From positions 55,980 through 119,979 of the forward strand of contig JAVVFV010000001.1 in assembly GCA_039889305.1 (NCBI GenBank): a stretch of 64,000 nt of DNA, written 5' to 3'. The stretch comes from Candidatus Zestomicrobium tamdykulense. GTDB lineage: Archaea; Thermoproteota; Thermoprotei_A; Sulfolobales; NBVN01. Position 1 is the stretch's first letter. The number at the start of each line of letters is the position of its first letter. The notes below the pieces were generated by a model. That model worked only from the letters and a program-made list of their open reading frames with translations. It had not been told where the DNA came from and searched no databases. Of the stretch, positions 1 to 10,013 are shown in pieces. Position numbers and translations under genes: made by a program.

Positions 1-218
1 TGATCTCCTTGCTTGGTGTTTTAAACGTAATTCTACCCTTTATTACGTATCCTGCTTGTTCGTGGATGTGTGAATGCATAGGGAACTTAGTACCCTCGTC
101 TATCTCGAAATAAACTATCATTATGTTATTCCCGTAAGCTAGAACCCATCTCTTCACTCCTTTTACAGGTTCTTGAGGTTTTACCTGGAGTTTTGAAACG
201 TGCTTCAAGGATCTCACG
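1..218 (-). CDS. cupin-domain protein, partial (runs off the left window edge)
   Basis: Own minus-strand translation from GTG at 216-218: VRSLKHVSKLQVKPQEPVKGVKRWVLAYGNNIMIVYFEIDEGTKFPMHSHIHEQAGYVIKGRITFKT... The G-x5-HSHIHE-x7-G stretch resembles cupin motif 1. Not in the ORF track because it is open at the window edge. Confidence 0.5.
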
Positions 219-283
219 TAATAGAGATTTGCTTAGCGTATTTAAGCTTAAGTATGGTGGCTTATTGTCTAAGTAGCTTTTAC

Positions 284-878
284 CTAGATAGATAGTAGTG
301 CTATGCTCCTAAGTACATCAGCTACATCCTCACACTTATCGGCGGAATTCTCTATGGAGTCCATTACTTCTTTCAGCATTAAGCACTGAGATATTTTTGA
401 TTCTTTGCAGTAGTTTAGTATTTCTTTGAATACTTCATGTCTTATGTCGTCTGTCTCTTCTTTAAGTCTCTCTATCTCGTTAGATATGTTGAGGACTTCC
501 TTAGGATTGATTAAGAGTTTCTCTGCCGCGTTCTTCATTAGTAGTGTTGATTTATGAACATTCTCAGCCATCTTGCATAGTTTTGTAAGTGTGTTTTCAG
601 GTAGGTTGGTGGGCTCTATTAGTGAGAGTCTCCTGCTCCAACCTTTCGCGTAAGCTGCCACGTCATCTGATGTTAGAACCAGCTAACGAGTTCTTCTCTG
701 TCGATTGGGTGGAATATTTCTCTAGATAGTTCTGTGAGTATTTTTCTTTTTTGTCATCAGCTTCTTTCTCGTACTTAAAGACCTCGTACCATTCGTTGTT
801 TACGCATTCGAGATCTTTTGTTAGGAAGCATTCTATCATTTTCTTAGCGTGATCAACAACCTTAATTATCTTGTCCAT
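284..878 (-). pseudogene. DUF47/PhoU-like phosphate-transport-associated protein, disrupted by frameshifts
   Basis: Track ORFs 663..878 and 284..661 are in different frames. The family-typical segment EIFHPIDREELV (own translation of 685-720) lies in the third frame. The summed length fits one DUF47 protein, and the locus is adjacent to PiT remnants. Confidence 0.7.
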
Positions 879-940
879 GTGCTCTATGTAGAACCTGATA
901 ACGTCTAATTGTCTCCTTTTTGAGATCCAGGATCAGAACG

Positions 941-1958
941 TCATGCTCTTACCCCCATAACATAAGTCAGTACGTAATAAATAACGATACTAAGCCCTGA
1001 AGTCACTGGTAATGTGAGGAGCCATGAAGTCAGTATAAATAATACTGTTTTAGGTTGATGCCTCGCCACCGCTCCTGGCTACTCCAACACCTATTATAGA
1101 ACCTGCAGCTACGTAAGTAGTTGATATTGGGAGACCGTAACCGAAGAGTATGTAGGGTATGGTAGTGAATAGCTAGACAGTGAAAGCGTTAGCAAAGCCA
1201 GCGGCTAGAGCCATGTTTATGTCTAACCTGGTTATCTTGTACGCTAACGTAGTAACGACTTTGTAGCCGAGTATGAGGCCTCCTAAAGCTATGAATACTG
1301 AAGCAAAGAGAGCTAGAAACCTCATGCTGACTTCATCAGGTATTCCTAAACTACCTGAAGTAACCGTCACGTAAACGCCCGTAGCGTTAGCTACGTCATT
1401 AGCGCCGAAAGAGTAAGCTGCGAAAGCAGTAAAGCTAAATAGTAAAAGACTTAAGGGTTCTACTATTATCACTAACTCTCAAGTTTTCTTATAGTTCTAT
1501 ATATCGGTATTGCTAGAATCATGGACGCTATAGGTGAGTCATCCAACTAATTATTATGTCTCTATTCTTTGGTAATTAATGAGTACTCCCTGAGAACCGA
1601 AAAACACGTAACTCAACCCCACACCCATCACAGCTCCTGTGATACTGTGCGTTGTTGATATTGGAGCGCCGATCAAGGTTGCTATGATTATCCATAGGAA
1701 AGCCGAGGTCGTGGTAGAGATTGCTCCCACGATCTCAATACTTGATACGACACCCTTACCGAGAGTCTTCATAACCATATAACCTTGTAGTAAAGCACCT
1801 AACAACTGGAAAATCGTGAAAAGAATGAATGCTTGCTTAAACTTAAGCACACCAGAACCAACTACTACGCTAGTGGAGTTAGCCATATCGTTAGCTCCTA
1901 TGGACCAAGCCAGACATGCAGCAGTAGCGAGACCGATGAAGAGCAACAAATCACTCAA
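941..1958 (-). pseudogene. PiT-family inorganic phosphate transporter, fragmented by in-frame stops and a frameshift
   Basis: Both PiT signature repeats are present (SIGANDMANSTS in ORF 1554..1958, FGANDVANATGV in ORF 1173..1472). An in-frame TAG lies at 1173-1175, followed by LFTTIPYILFGYGLPISTTYVAAGSIIGVGV. After a TAA and a frame change comes the typical C-terminus ILTSWLLTLPVTSGLSIVIYYVL, ending at TGA 941-943. Confidence 0.8.
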
Positions 1959-2048
1959 GATAGCCTTACAGAATTACGAGAGAAGCAAAATAAAAGCAAA
2001 TTAATTACGATAAGCTAATATTAGCAATTAGGTAATCGTGTTAGGTGT

Positions 2049-3047
2049 GTGAAGATGTTGAGACTCCACATGAACGAATCACCATATCCACCCTCAAGGC
2101 TCTCGCTTGAGTACATAAATAGATACAGTAACTCCCTAAACTTGTATCATGTTGAGCAATTATATGAGGAATTGCTTGATGAGTTAAGTAATTATGTAGG
2201 AATTGATAAGAAGTTTATTGAGGTATTCGCTAGTTCATCATCTATATTGACCCTCATGCTGACTTACGCTAAGATCATTAACTCAGGACTTGTACTAACT
2301 CACCCGACCTTCCACGTTATGTATAACTTACTAGACAATTACGGGATCCAACCTACTTACGTAGTATTAAGTGGGAAAGATTTTGTTTTGGACGTAAGTA
2401 GGCTTGTAGAGGTATCTGAAGGACGCGTAGTTTACTTAATAAATCCTAATAACCCTACAAGCAATCTTCTTTTAGAAGACCCGGAAGTGTTAGGGAAGAT
2501 TGCTAGGAGAGCTAAGGCTGTCTTTGTAGATGAAGCATATTATGAGTTCTCAGGACTAACGTTTAGAGACTTAGTTATGGAGCATGATAACGTAATAATT
2601 ATTAGAACAGTCTCTAAAGCGTTTAGCTTGGCTGGAGCTAGATTTGGGTACGTAATTATGGGTGAGAAAATAAAGAAAGTTCTTAATGGTCTAAGGATAG
2701 GGTATGAAGTACCGATAACTACTCAAGCCGCAGTATTAGGAGCACTCAGAGACCCTCATTACATGAGGGAAGTAGTTAGTAAGATTATCAAGACTAGAGA
2801 GAATGTTAAGAAAGTACTTACTAGTTCGGGTTTATGGGTAGCGGATAGTAGGACTAACTTCCTCTTCGTTGATTTAGGTGAACCCTGCAGAAAATATTGG
2901 GGGCTCCTCAAACAAAACGGGATACTAACTCTATGCTTAGAGAATATCGAGAAGCTTAGAGAATTTGGGAATTACCTGAGGGTTACTGTAGGTAAGCCTG
3001 AGGAAATGGACTTATTCGTTGAGAAGTTATTGAAAATCCTTAATTAA
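2049..3047 (+). CDS. class I/II PLP aminotransferase, histidinol-phosphate aminotransferase (HisC/CobD) family
   Basis: Motifs NPNNPTSN, VDEAYYEF and the PLP-lysine region IRTVSKAFSLAGARFGY. N-terminal MNESPYPPS resembles the HisC NENP motif. Confidence 0.6.
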   Translation: MKMLRLHMNESPYPPSRLSLEYINRYSNSLNLYHVEQLYEELLDELSNYVGIDKKFIEVFASSSSILTLMLTYAKIINSGLVLTHPTFHVMYNLLDNYGIQPTYVVLSGKDFVLDVSRLVEVSEGRVVYLINPNNPTSNLLLEDPEVLGKIARRAKAVFVDEAYYEFSGLTFRDLVMEHDNVIIIRTVSKAFSLAGARFGYVIMGEKIKKVLNGLRIGYEVPITTQAAVLGALRDPHYMREVVSKIIKTRENVKKVLTSSGLWVADSRTNFLFVDLGEPCRKYWGLLKQNGILTLCLENIEKLREFGNYLRVTVGKPEEMDLFVEKLLKILN

Positions 3048-3090
3048 CTGAAGAATTACTTGCAGGCTCTCCACACCACTAAGTTAGCTC

Positions 3091-4257
3091 TCAACCGTAA
3101 ATCCTGGTTTTTGGTTTGCTTCTACTATAGCTTATTGAAACTAAGAGGATAGAAGATGTAGTAGCTACTGTTACTACGTATCCTAAGAAATTCGCGTCTA
3201 AACTTGGATTAGCTAGTAGAGGTAATAACATTAACCCGCCTAAAGCATTAAAGAATATAGTGATACCGAAGCCAGCAGTCATGGTTTCTCTTGGTGTTTG
3301 TTTTGCTATGTACGTGTTGATGGCTGTGTCTAGGAATGGGTAGAGAGGTATTTGCCAGATAATCAAGGTTAGCAAACCCCCAGACTTTATGAATGTCCAG
3401 TAAACAAGCATATACGCCAGTGTTGTGTAGGAGAAGATTAGTAGTGGGTTATACTTATCTGCTAACCTCCCTGCAATAACTCTTACAGGGATTGAGAGAA
3501 GAGCTGTGAAACCTCCGAAAACAATCCCAAATAATAAGTATTCTATCCACACGGAAGAAGCATCTAAGATATTCTCGAGTTCTAGACTTAGCTTAGAGGG
3601 TGCTACAGCATAGAGTGATTCTCTAGAAAACACCGTGAGTGAGAGTGCTAGTAAAATAAACAAAAATTTTCTAAGATCCCATTCAGAAATACTTGATTTG
3701 CTAATCCTGGGCCTTCTTCGTGTTATCTCTCTAGGGAAGGACATAATGAATATTAAGTATGTCAGGAAGTGGATGACTGCTATAATTATAAAGAGTCCAT
3801 CAGGTCCTGCAACATTATAGAAGATCCCCATTATAGAAGACCCAATACTAAATCCTAACCCAGTCCCTATAGTGAAGTAACTGTATGTCATGCCAGGATT
3901 CACATCAGAACTACTAAAGACCGTCGTAAGTATTGAAGGCCATGAGAGCGCCCAAGAAAGACAGAAGAAACTCAAGATTATAGAAAGAATAAAAGGATCT
4001 CGACTACTTAAGGCTAGTATGAAGGGAACTACGCCAGTAAGACCCAATAAAATTAGGTTCTTATCACTTAAGTATTTAGCTAACTTACCAGTTACTACAG
4101 CAAATAACGTAAACCCCCATTCAAGACCTGTGATAAGTATTAATGCTTGAAGCCCGCCACCCAACTCAATACCTATGTAACGTCTAGCGAAAGGGTAGTA
4201 GAGCCCCCAAGTAAGACTATTTAAAATAGCACCTAAAGAATACATTAGTCTCCACAT
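3091..4257 (-). CDS. MFS-type membrane transporter
   Basis: 388 aa, strongly hydrophobic, roughly 10-12 predicted TM segments with a central charged loop (REITRRRPRISKSS), as in MFS proteins. Confidence 0.5.
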   Translation of the reverse strand: MWRLMYSLGAILNSLTWGLYYPFARRYIGIELGGGLQALILITGLEWGFTLFAVVTGKLAKYLSDKNLILLGLTGVVPFILALSSRDPFILSIILSFFCLSWALSWPSILTTVFSSSDVNPGMTYSYFTIGTGLGFSIGSSIMGIFYNVAGPDGLFIIIAVIHFLTYLIFIMSFPREITRRRPRISKSSISEWDLRKFLFILLALSLTVFSRESLYAVAPSKLSLELENILDASSVWIEYLLFGIVFGGFTALLSIPVRVIAGRLADKYNPLLIFSYTTLAYMLVYWTFIKSGGLLTLIIWQIPLYPFLDTAINTYIAKQTPRETMTAGFGITIFFNALGGLMLLPLLANPSLDANFLGYVVTVATTSSILLVSISYSRSKPKTRIYG

Positions 4258-4415
4258 ACCCAGGTCTTTACGTGTGGTGTTCGAAGTCGACAGTGCTTAA
4301 CACACCCAACTAATAATGAAAGTAAAGTTTTAAGTTATTATTATTAAGTGTTTTCGCCATGAAATTTAGATTAGTCTAACATTTATTAACTCTTTAGCGA
4401 ATTTTTCTGGGGTGC

Positions 4416-6518
4416 GTGGCGCTGAGGAAATTTGGGGAGAAAATATGTGACTATGTAGTGGCTGTTGTTGGGCAACCTTCTGTTGGTAAGTCAACGTTTT
4501 TTACTCAGGTTACTGGTGAGTTGGTTCGTGTAGCTAATTGGCCCGGCACTACAGTAGAACAAAAGGTTGGGATAGTTTCTTTCAAGGATAAGGTCTTATG
4601 TTTAGTTGATTTGCCAGGTATTTACGGTTTGTCTCCTACGTCACTTGAGGAAAAAATAACTAAGAATTTCTTGATTTCCAGTGATTGGGACGTTATTTTA
4701 GTTTTAGCAGATGCTTTAATTCCTGAGAGATCTATATACCTGCCTATACAGGTTAGTGAAATGACTAGTAAGCTAGTAGTAGCTTTAACTAAGTGGGACT
4801 CAACACATAAGGTAGGTTTACACGTAGATGTGAAGAAGCTTAGTTCTAGACTAGGCTTTCCAGTAATTCCTATCTCCTCAATTACTGGTGAGGGAATTAG
4901 GGAAGTTCTAAGCACTCTAGTTGATGTAGCTGAGGGCAGGATTAAGAGTAATCCACTCAAGATTGATTACGGTCTTCTTGATAGTTACTTAAACGAATTA
5001 ATAGGGCTTATTGATGATGGTTATATTGGTAGACTGCCTAGAAGATGGGTAGCTTTAAGACTTCTAGAAGGTGACCAAGATATAATTGATCTAGTTAGGA
5101 GTAGTCCAGATATTATAGAAAAAACTGAAAAGTTACGGGAGGAATTCAGGAAAGCTACTGAGAGAACGCCCGAAGAAATAGCTATCTTAAAAAAATACGA
5201 GTATGCAACGCAAGTAGTTAGAGAGACCGTGGTTAGGATGAGGGTAAGACCACATATCACAGCTATAATTGATAAAATTTACTTGAACCCGTTATTAGGT
5301 CCCCTAGCATCAATCATCACAATATTCGCGCTATTCGCTATAGCATTCACACTAAATACGGGCTTTCCCTTCACATTTATTCTCAGGCATCTAGGTTTTG
5401 AAGTTGCTGCTGACGCACTAGAGACTCATAGCCTATCTGGGTTACTTGAAAGTTTCTTTGCTTTCGTGGGGGATGTTCTCCGAACAGGATTAGCTGACTT
5501 AAATGAGGAATTAGTTTCCTTAGTAGTTGACGGGATCTTAGGAGGTCTTGGTACCGTGTTAAGCTTTTTACCCCTAATATTTCTTGTTTCAGCATCTTTC
5601 TCAGTACTTGAAGATAGTGGTTTAGGTCCTAGAATGGTTGCTTCCCTCCACAATTTCTTCAGGTTTTTTGGATTATCTGGGAGAGCCCTGTACCCGCTAG
5701 TTATAGCGTTGGGCTGTAATGTTCCTGCAGTTTATCAGTCTAGAATTTCCATAGATGAAGCTGAAAGACGTGAGATAATAGTCTCAGCATCATTCATAAT
5801 ATGTCAAGCAAGACTAATTGTTCTGCTCTACTTTACTAAGTCTTTATTTCTTGGTAATGCGTTTATTCAGGCGTCCGTGATAACGCTGCTCTATATTTTG
5901 TCAATAATTCTTTACTTACTGACCGCTAAGTTAGTGAGGATATTGAGTAGTGTTAGGGAGTCTCCAGAATTGATTATGGAGTTACCTATGATACATAGAC
6001 CAAGCCTCAAAGTTGTTTGGTGGGGTTCTTGGATCAACACCAGGCATTTCCTCTACAAAGCCGGCATAATAATTTTCGCTCTCTCAGTACTTAGCTGGGT
6101 ACTATTATCTTATGGTCCTACAGGATATGTTGACTCACCAGAAGCTTCTTACGGAGCTATATTGGGTTCTTACTTAGGTAGAGTTCTTGAGGTACTGTAT
6201 AATATAAGAAGCGAGAATTCCTGGATGATTGGTTATGCACTGATTTACGGATTTATAGCTAAAGAAGGTTTGATAGCTTCTGTTTCTCAGTTAACTGGTC
6301 TGGCTGAGGAGGAAGCATTGAGATCCTTAGGTCTTAATGTAGCTCAGGGTGTTTCGTTACTAATCTTCGTGATGTTTTATATTCCATGCATGGCTACAGT
6401 AGCTACGATATATCAGGAAAGTAAGAGTTTAAGATTTACTCTATACGTGACTATGTACTTAATCATAGTTGCTTTAATTATATCGTTAGTAGCTTACTGG
6501 ATACTACTTATTGCTTAA
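4416..6518 (+). CDS. feoB: ferrous iron transporter FeoB
   Basis: N-terminal G domain (GQPSVGKSTFF, DLPGIYGL, TKWD) followed by a large polytopic membrane domain. 700 aa fits FeoB. GTG start. Confidence 0.85.
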   Translation: MALRKFGEKICDYVVAVVGQPSVGKSTFFTQVTGELVRVANWPGTTVEQKVGIVSFKDKVLCLVDLPGIYGLSPTSLEEKITKNFLISSDWDVILVLADALIPERSIYLPIQVSEMTSKLVVALTKWDSTHKVGLHVDVKKLSSRLGFPVIPISSITGEGIREVLSTLVDVAEGRIKSNPLKIDYGLLDSYLNELIGLIDDGYIGRLPRRWVALRLLEGDQDIIDLVRSSPDIIEKTEKLREEFRKATERTPEEIAILKKYEYATQVVRETVVRMRVRPHITAIIDKIYLNPLLGPLASIITIFALFAIAFTLNTGFPFTFILRHLGFEVAADALETHSLSGLLESFFAFVGDVLRTGLADLNEELVSLVVDGILGGLGTVLSFLPLIFLVSASFSVLEDSGLGPRMVASLHNFFRFFGLSGRALYPLVIALGCNVPAVYQSRISIDEAERREIIVSASFIICQARLIVLLYFTKSLFLGNAFIQASVITLLYILSIILYLLTAKLVRILSSVRESPELIMELPMIHRPSLKVVWWGSWINTRHFLYKAGIIIFALSVLSWVLLSYGPTGYVDSPEASYGAILGSYLGRVLEVLYNIRSENSWMIGYALIYGFIAKEGLIASVSQLTGLAEEEALRSLGLNVAQGVSLLIFVMFYIPCMATVATIYQESKSLRFTLYVTMYLIIVALIISLVAYWILLIA

Positions 6519-6546
6519 TCCGCAGTTCAGTTAGAGGTGATAGGAG

Positions 6547-7314
6547 GTGTTTAGTGAGTTTCTGGAGAGTATAGTTATGAGGGCCTTAATACTGGGCTTA
6601 GTTCCTGCCCTCTCAACGTTTTTAGGAGGAATTGTGGGACTTATCGGTGTTAAAGGTTCTGAGAAGCATCTGGACGTAGGTTTAGGATTTAGTGCTGGAG
6701 TCATGGTCGTGGCTTCTTTCACAAGTCTCTTACTTCCAGCTATTGAGTTAGGTGGGATTTCCTTAGTCACGCTAGGTTTCTTGGTTGGTGTGGGTCTTGT
6801 AGTTTTGCTGGATAAGAGCATACCACATGAGCACTTGCTGAAAGGTTATGAAGGTCCTTTATCTATGAAGAATAGGATGAGACATGTATGGCTTATGGTG
6901 ATGGCTATCTTGATACATAATTTGCCTGAAGGCTTAGCTGTAGGTAGCGCGTCCGGGATTAGCTATGTCGCAGGCTTAGCTATGGCTTTAGCTATAGGGA
7001 TTCAAGATATTCCTGAAGGTTTTGCTGTTTCTTTTCCGATGGCTATAGCTGGAAAGAGTAAAAAGAAAGCTCTAGTATTTTCGGCGTTAAGTGGTTTAAG
7101 CGAGACGCTAATGGCCGTGGTAGCGGCGTTCCTGTCTTCTGAGTCAACAAGCTTATTAGTCTTCATGCTATCACTTGCTGGCGGATCAATGACTTACGTA
7201 GTTAGTCACGAGATAATCCCGGAAACACACAGGCACGGACATGAGTCACTCTCCACACTCGGGTTTCTCTCGGGATTCATGATAATGTTATGGCTAGATA
7301 CAATACTGGGTTAG
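6547..7314 (+). CDS. ZIP-family divalent metal transporter (ZupT-like)
   Basis: HNLPEGLAVG and IQDIPEGFAV motifs, and a His-rich C-terminal region HEIIPETHRHGHE. The gene ends in TAG (7312-7314). Confidence 0.8.
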   Translation: MFSEFLESIVMRALILGLVPALSTFLGGIVGLIGVKGSEKHLDVGLGFSAGVMVVASFTSLLLPAIELGGISLVTLGFLVGVGLVVLLDKSIPHEHLLKGYEGPLSMKNRMRHVWLMVMAILIHNLPEGLAVGSASGISYVAGLAMALAIGIQDIPEGFAVSFPMAIAGKSKKKALVFSALSGLSETLMAVVAAFLSSESTSLLVFMLSLAGGSMTYVVSHEIIPETHRHGHESLSTLGFLSGFMIMLWLDTILG

Positions 7315-7486
7315 TATAGTGAATGTGTTTTAGGATTACTGCCGGTCGCGGCAGCTCACTCAGATTACATAAAACATACAGACCAGTACTTAGAAGGTAA
7401 TGGGAGGAAGAATTCCTTCACGTCTGTAAAGGAGTCTCTTGATGGGTTGGTTGTTTTATTATTAAGAACTAGGGTTTATAACTTGG

Positions 7487-9100
7487 ATGATCTATTTGAG
7501 AGGGTGTCTCGCACTAATTAACGGTAAGATATATCTCTCGTACAAACCATTAGAAACTTCCGAGTCTTTAGTGATTGCCGGTGGCAGAGTGATTTTTGCG
7601 GGCAGTAAGTCGAGTGCTGTAATTATTAGCGAATTACTTAAGTGTAATGTAATCGATTTAGAGGGGAAGATAGTCTTACCTGGCTTTGTGGATGCTCACG
7701 TACACTTAGATGGGGTTGGAATGTATCTGAATACTCTTGATTTAAGAGGTGTTAGGAGTATTAGAGAACTTAAAGACAGGGTCAAGAAATCTGCTGGTGA
7801 GGTTGCTTCATGGGTTTTCGGGCATGGATGGGATCAAGAACTCTTTGTAGAAGGTAGGTGGCCCACACGTTGGGATTTAGACGAAGTAGTTAGTGAGAAG
7901 CCCGTATTACTAACTCGTATCTGCGGTCATGCTGCAGTATTGAACACTAAAGCTATGGAGGTCACTGAACTAATAAGTAGCAACTCACCTCACGTATTAA
8001 GAAACGAAAGAGGAGAAGCGATAGGAATTATTAAAGAGGAAGCTCTTGAGATAGCTAAGAAGAAGTTCAGAGAATCTCTCACGTTAGAAGATCATAAGAA
8101 ATTCCTAGAAGATGCGATCAAGTATGCGGCTTCTCTCGGAGTAACCACAGTAGGTTTTGTAAGTGTTAATGATGTAACACTTAAAATACTTGAGGAACTC
8201 AGAAACGAAGGTAAGTTACTAGTTAGGGTTAGGGTTTATCTTAACCCAGGTGAGAACAATGAAGTTTTACTAACTCTCAAGAAATTAGGAATAAGAAGTG
8301 GTTTCGGAGATGATTACCTGAAGATACGTGGTATCAAGATATTTGTTGACGGGTCTTTAGGAGCTAGGACAGCATGGCTTACGGAACCATACAACGACGC
8401 AACAGATACACGCGGTTCTCAACTTATAGATGAAAGAACGCTTGAGAAACTAGTTCGTGATGTTCATGAAGCAGGTCTTCAACTAGCTATACACGCGATA
8501 GGTGATGCAGCCATAGACTTGGTTTTACACGTATTTTCAAATATTCGAGACTTACGTAAGCTCAGGCACAGGATAGAACACGCGTCTGTAGTAAGACCTG
8601 ACCAGATTAGCAAGATTAGAGAGTTAGGTGTTTCTCTAGTTATTCAGCCTCACTTCATTATAACAGATTGGTGGGTGCTTAAGAGACTCGGCGACTCAAG
8701 AGCTACCTGGGTTTATCCTTTCAAGACTTTAATTAACTCAGGAATTCTGTTAGGAATTAGTACAGACTCTCCTGTAGAACCGCTAAATCCCTGGGAAACT
8801 GTTTACGCAGCTGTAACTAGAGGTGAGTATGAGGGCGTGGATCTCTTTAAGCGTACTCCCTACGAGAAACTATCACTTACCGAGGTACTATATTCTTATA
8901 CTCAGGGGTCAGCCTATATCCTAGGTGAAGAAAACAACATAGGGACTCTTGAAGTAGGTAAGTTTGCTGACTTCATAGTAGTAGATAAAGATCCTTATCT
9001 AGTGGATGAAAAGACTTTACGAGAAATCAGAGTCCTAGCAACTTACGTCGGAGGCGTGAAGACGTACGAGAGTACTCAATTAATTCCCTCTGCTCCGTAA
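7487..9100 (+). CDS. metal-dependent amidohydrolase (amidohydrolase-3 / YtcJ-like)
   Basis: PGFVDAHVHLDG metal-binding motif, HAIGDAA, RIEHAS and a C-terminal GTLEVGKFADF motif typical of this family. Confidence 0.7.
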   Translation: MIYLRGCLALINGKIYLSYKPLETSESLVIAGGRVIFAGSKSSAVIISELLKCNVIDLEGKIVLPGFVDAHVHLDGVGMYLNTLDLRGVRSIRELKDRVKKSAGEVASWVFGHGWDQELFVEGRWPTRWDLDEVVSEKPVLLTRICGHAAVLNTKAMEVTELISSNSPHVLRNERGEAIGIIKEEALEIAKKKFRESLTLEDHKKFLEDAIKYAASLGVTTVGFVSVNDVTLKILEELRNEGKLLVRVRVYLNPGENNEVLLTLKKLGIRSGFGDDYLKIRGIKIFVDGSLGARTAWLTEPYNDATDTRGSQLIDERTLEKLVRDVHEAGLQLAIHAIGDAAIDLVLHVFSNIRDLRKLRHRIEHASVVRPDQISKIRELGVSLVIQPHFIITDWWVLKRLGDSRATWVYPFKTLINSGILLGISTDSPVEPLNPWETVYAAVTRGEYEGVDLFKRTPYEKLSLTEVLYSYTQGSAYILGEENNIGTLEVGKFADFIVVDKDPYLVDEKTLREIRVLATYVGGVKTYESTQLIPSAP

Positions 9101-9143
9101 GATGTGTAACTTTCTTTGTGAGTAGCTCATGAGGTTATTATAG

Positions 9144-10013
9144 TTAGAGGTATATGCCTATAATAGTTAAAGCTCGCTTAACTGCCTCAATCCAGGATTG
9201 TGGGGGTTTTTCCAAGCTTCTCATATAATAAGTATTCTTAAACCATTCTACCCTATTCTCAGATATTATGACTGGTATATCGGAATGATTTAGTATTCCC
9301 TCATCAGCAGGATTATCGCCTAATCCTATGATCGGTGTTTCTCGGCCTACAGTATTAATGTTTTTTAAGAGGGTGTACGTAGCTTTGTCTTTATTTGCTT
9401 CTAGTAAGTGTACTGCCCTCCTAGTCTGGATTATTTTAAGATTCGTACTCTTGGTTACAGAGGCTATGAATTCTCTGCATGGGGTATATTGAGTCACGAA
9501 GACCTCGCTGTAAACCCTCTTTTGAGATAACCTAATTAAGTCGAGGGGTATTCTTAAGATCTCTGAAATATTTTCCGGGTTTGCTTTAGTGAGTCTTAAA
9601 GCTTTCTCAAAGCAATCAGGGTTTTTCTCTACGAGAGTTAGTAACTCTTCATAAAGACTTATAGAATTACATAATTCTAGCACTTCATAATCTTTGGTTA
9701 AGTATCTAGAGCCACTCTTCAGGAAACCACTAACAGCGTATATGGCGCAACCTCCCTCAATAACGTATGCCAGAAAATCGTGGTTTAGTCTTCTCATTAA
9801 TTCCTCGATTTCTATATGTGTCTTAAAGGTTACTGGGATAACCTCAATTCCCAGGATTCTTAGCTTACTTAAGAAACTTCTTAACTCTTCCAGAGAACTT
9901 TCTTGAGTTAAGGGTAGCATAGTGTCGTCTATGTCGGTAAGTATTATTGCCTTACCACTAAGCCTAAAATCCGTGGGCAACTGAAAACTCACTTCTTGAT
10001 AATAGTTCATCAA
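9144..10013 (-). CDS. mpgP: mannosyl-3-phosphoglycerate phosphatase (HAD superfamily, YedP/MpgP type)
   Basis: HAD motifs LTDIDDTML, VTFKT and GLGDNPADEG. Lies immediately downstream of, and overlapping, mpgS. Confidence 0.7.
   Translation of the reverse strand: MMNYYQEVSFQLPTDFRLSGKAIILTDIDDTMLPLTQESSLEELRSFLSKLRILGIEVIPVTFKTHIEIEELMRRLNHDFLAYVIEGGCAIYAVSGFLKSGSRYLTKDYEVLELCNSISLYEELLTLVEKNPDCFEKALRLTKANPENISEILRIPLDLIRLSQKRVYSEVFVTQYTPCREFIASVTKSTNLKIIQTRRAVHLLEANKDKATYTLLKNINTVGRETPIIGLGDNPADEGILNHSDIPVIISENRVEWFKNTYYMRSLEKPPQSWIEAVKRALTIIGIYL

Noticed and set aside
7339-7354. GC-rich perfect hairpin CTGCCG-GTCG-CGGCAG just downstream of the ZIP transporter gene, considered as a terminator.
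   Set aside because: Archaeal termination relies on oligo-T tracts rather than hairpins, and no T-run follows. A single 6-bp stem is too little to assign a function. It might stabilise the 3' end, but that cannot be supported from sequence alone.
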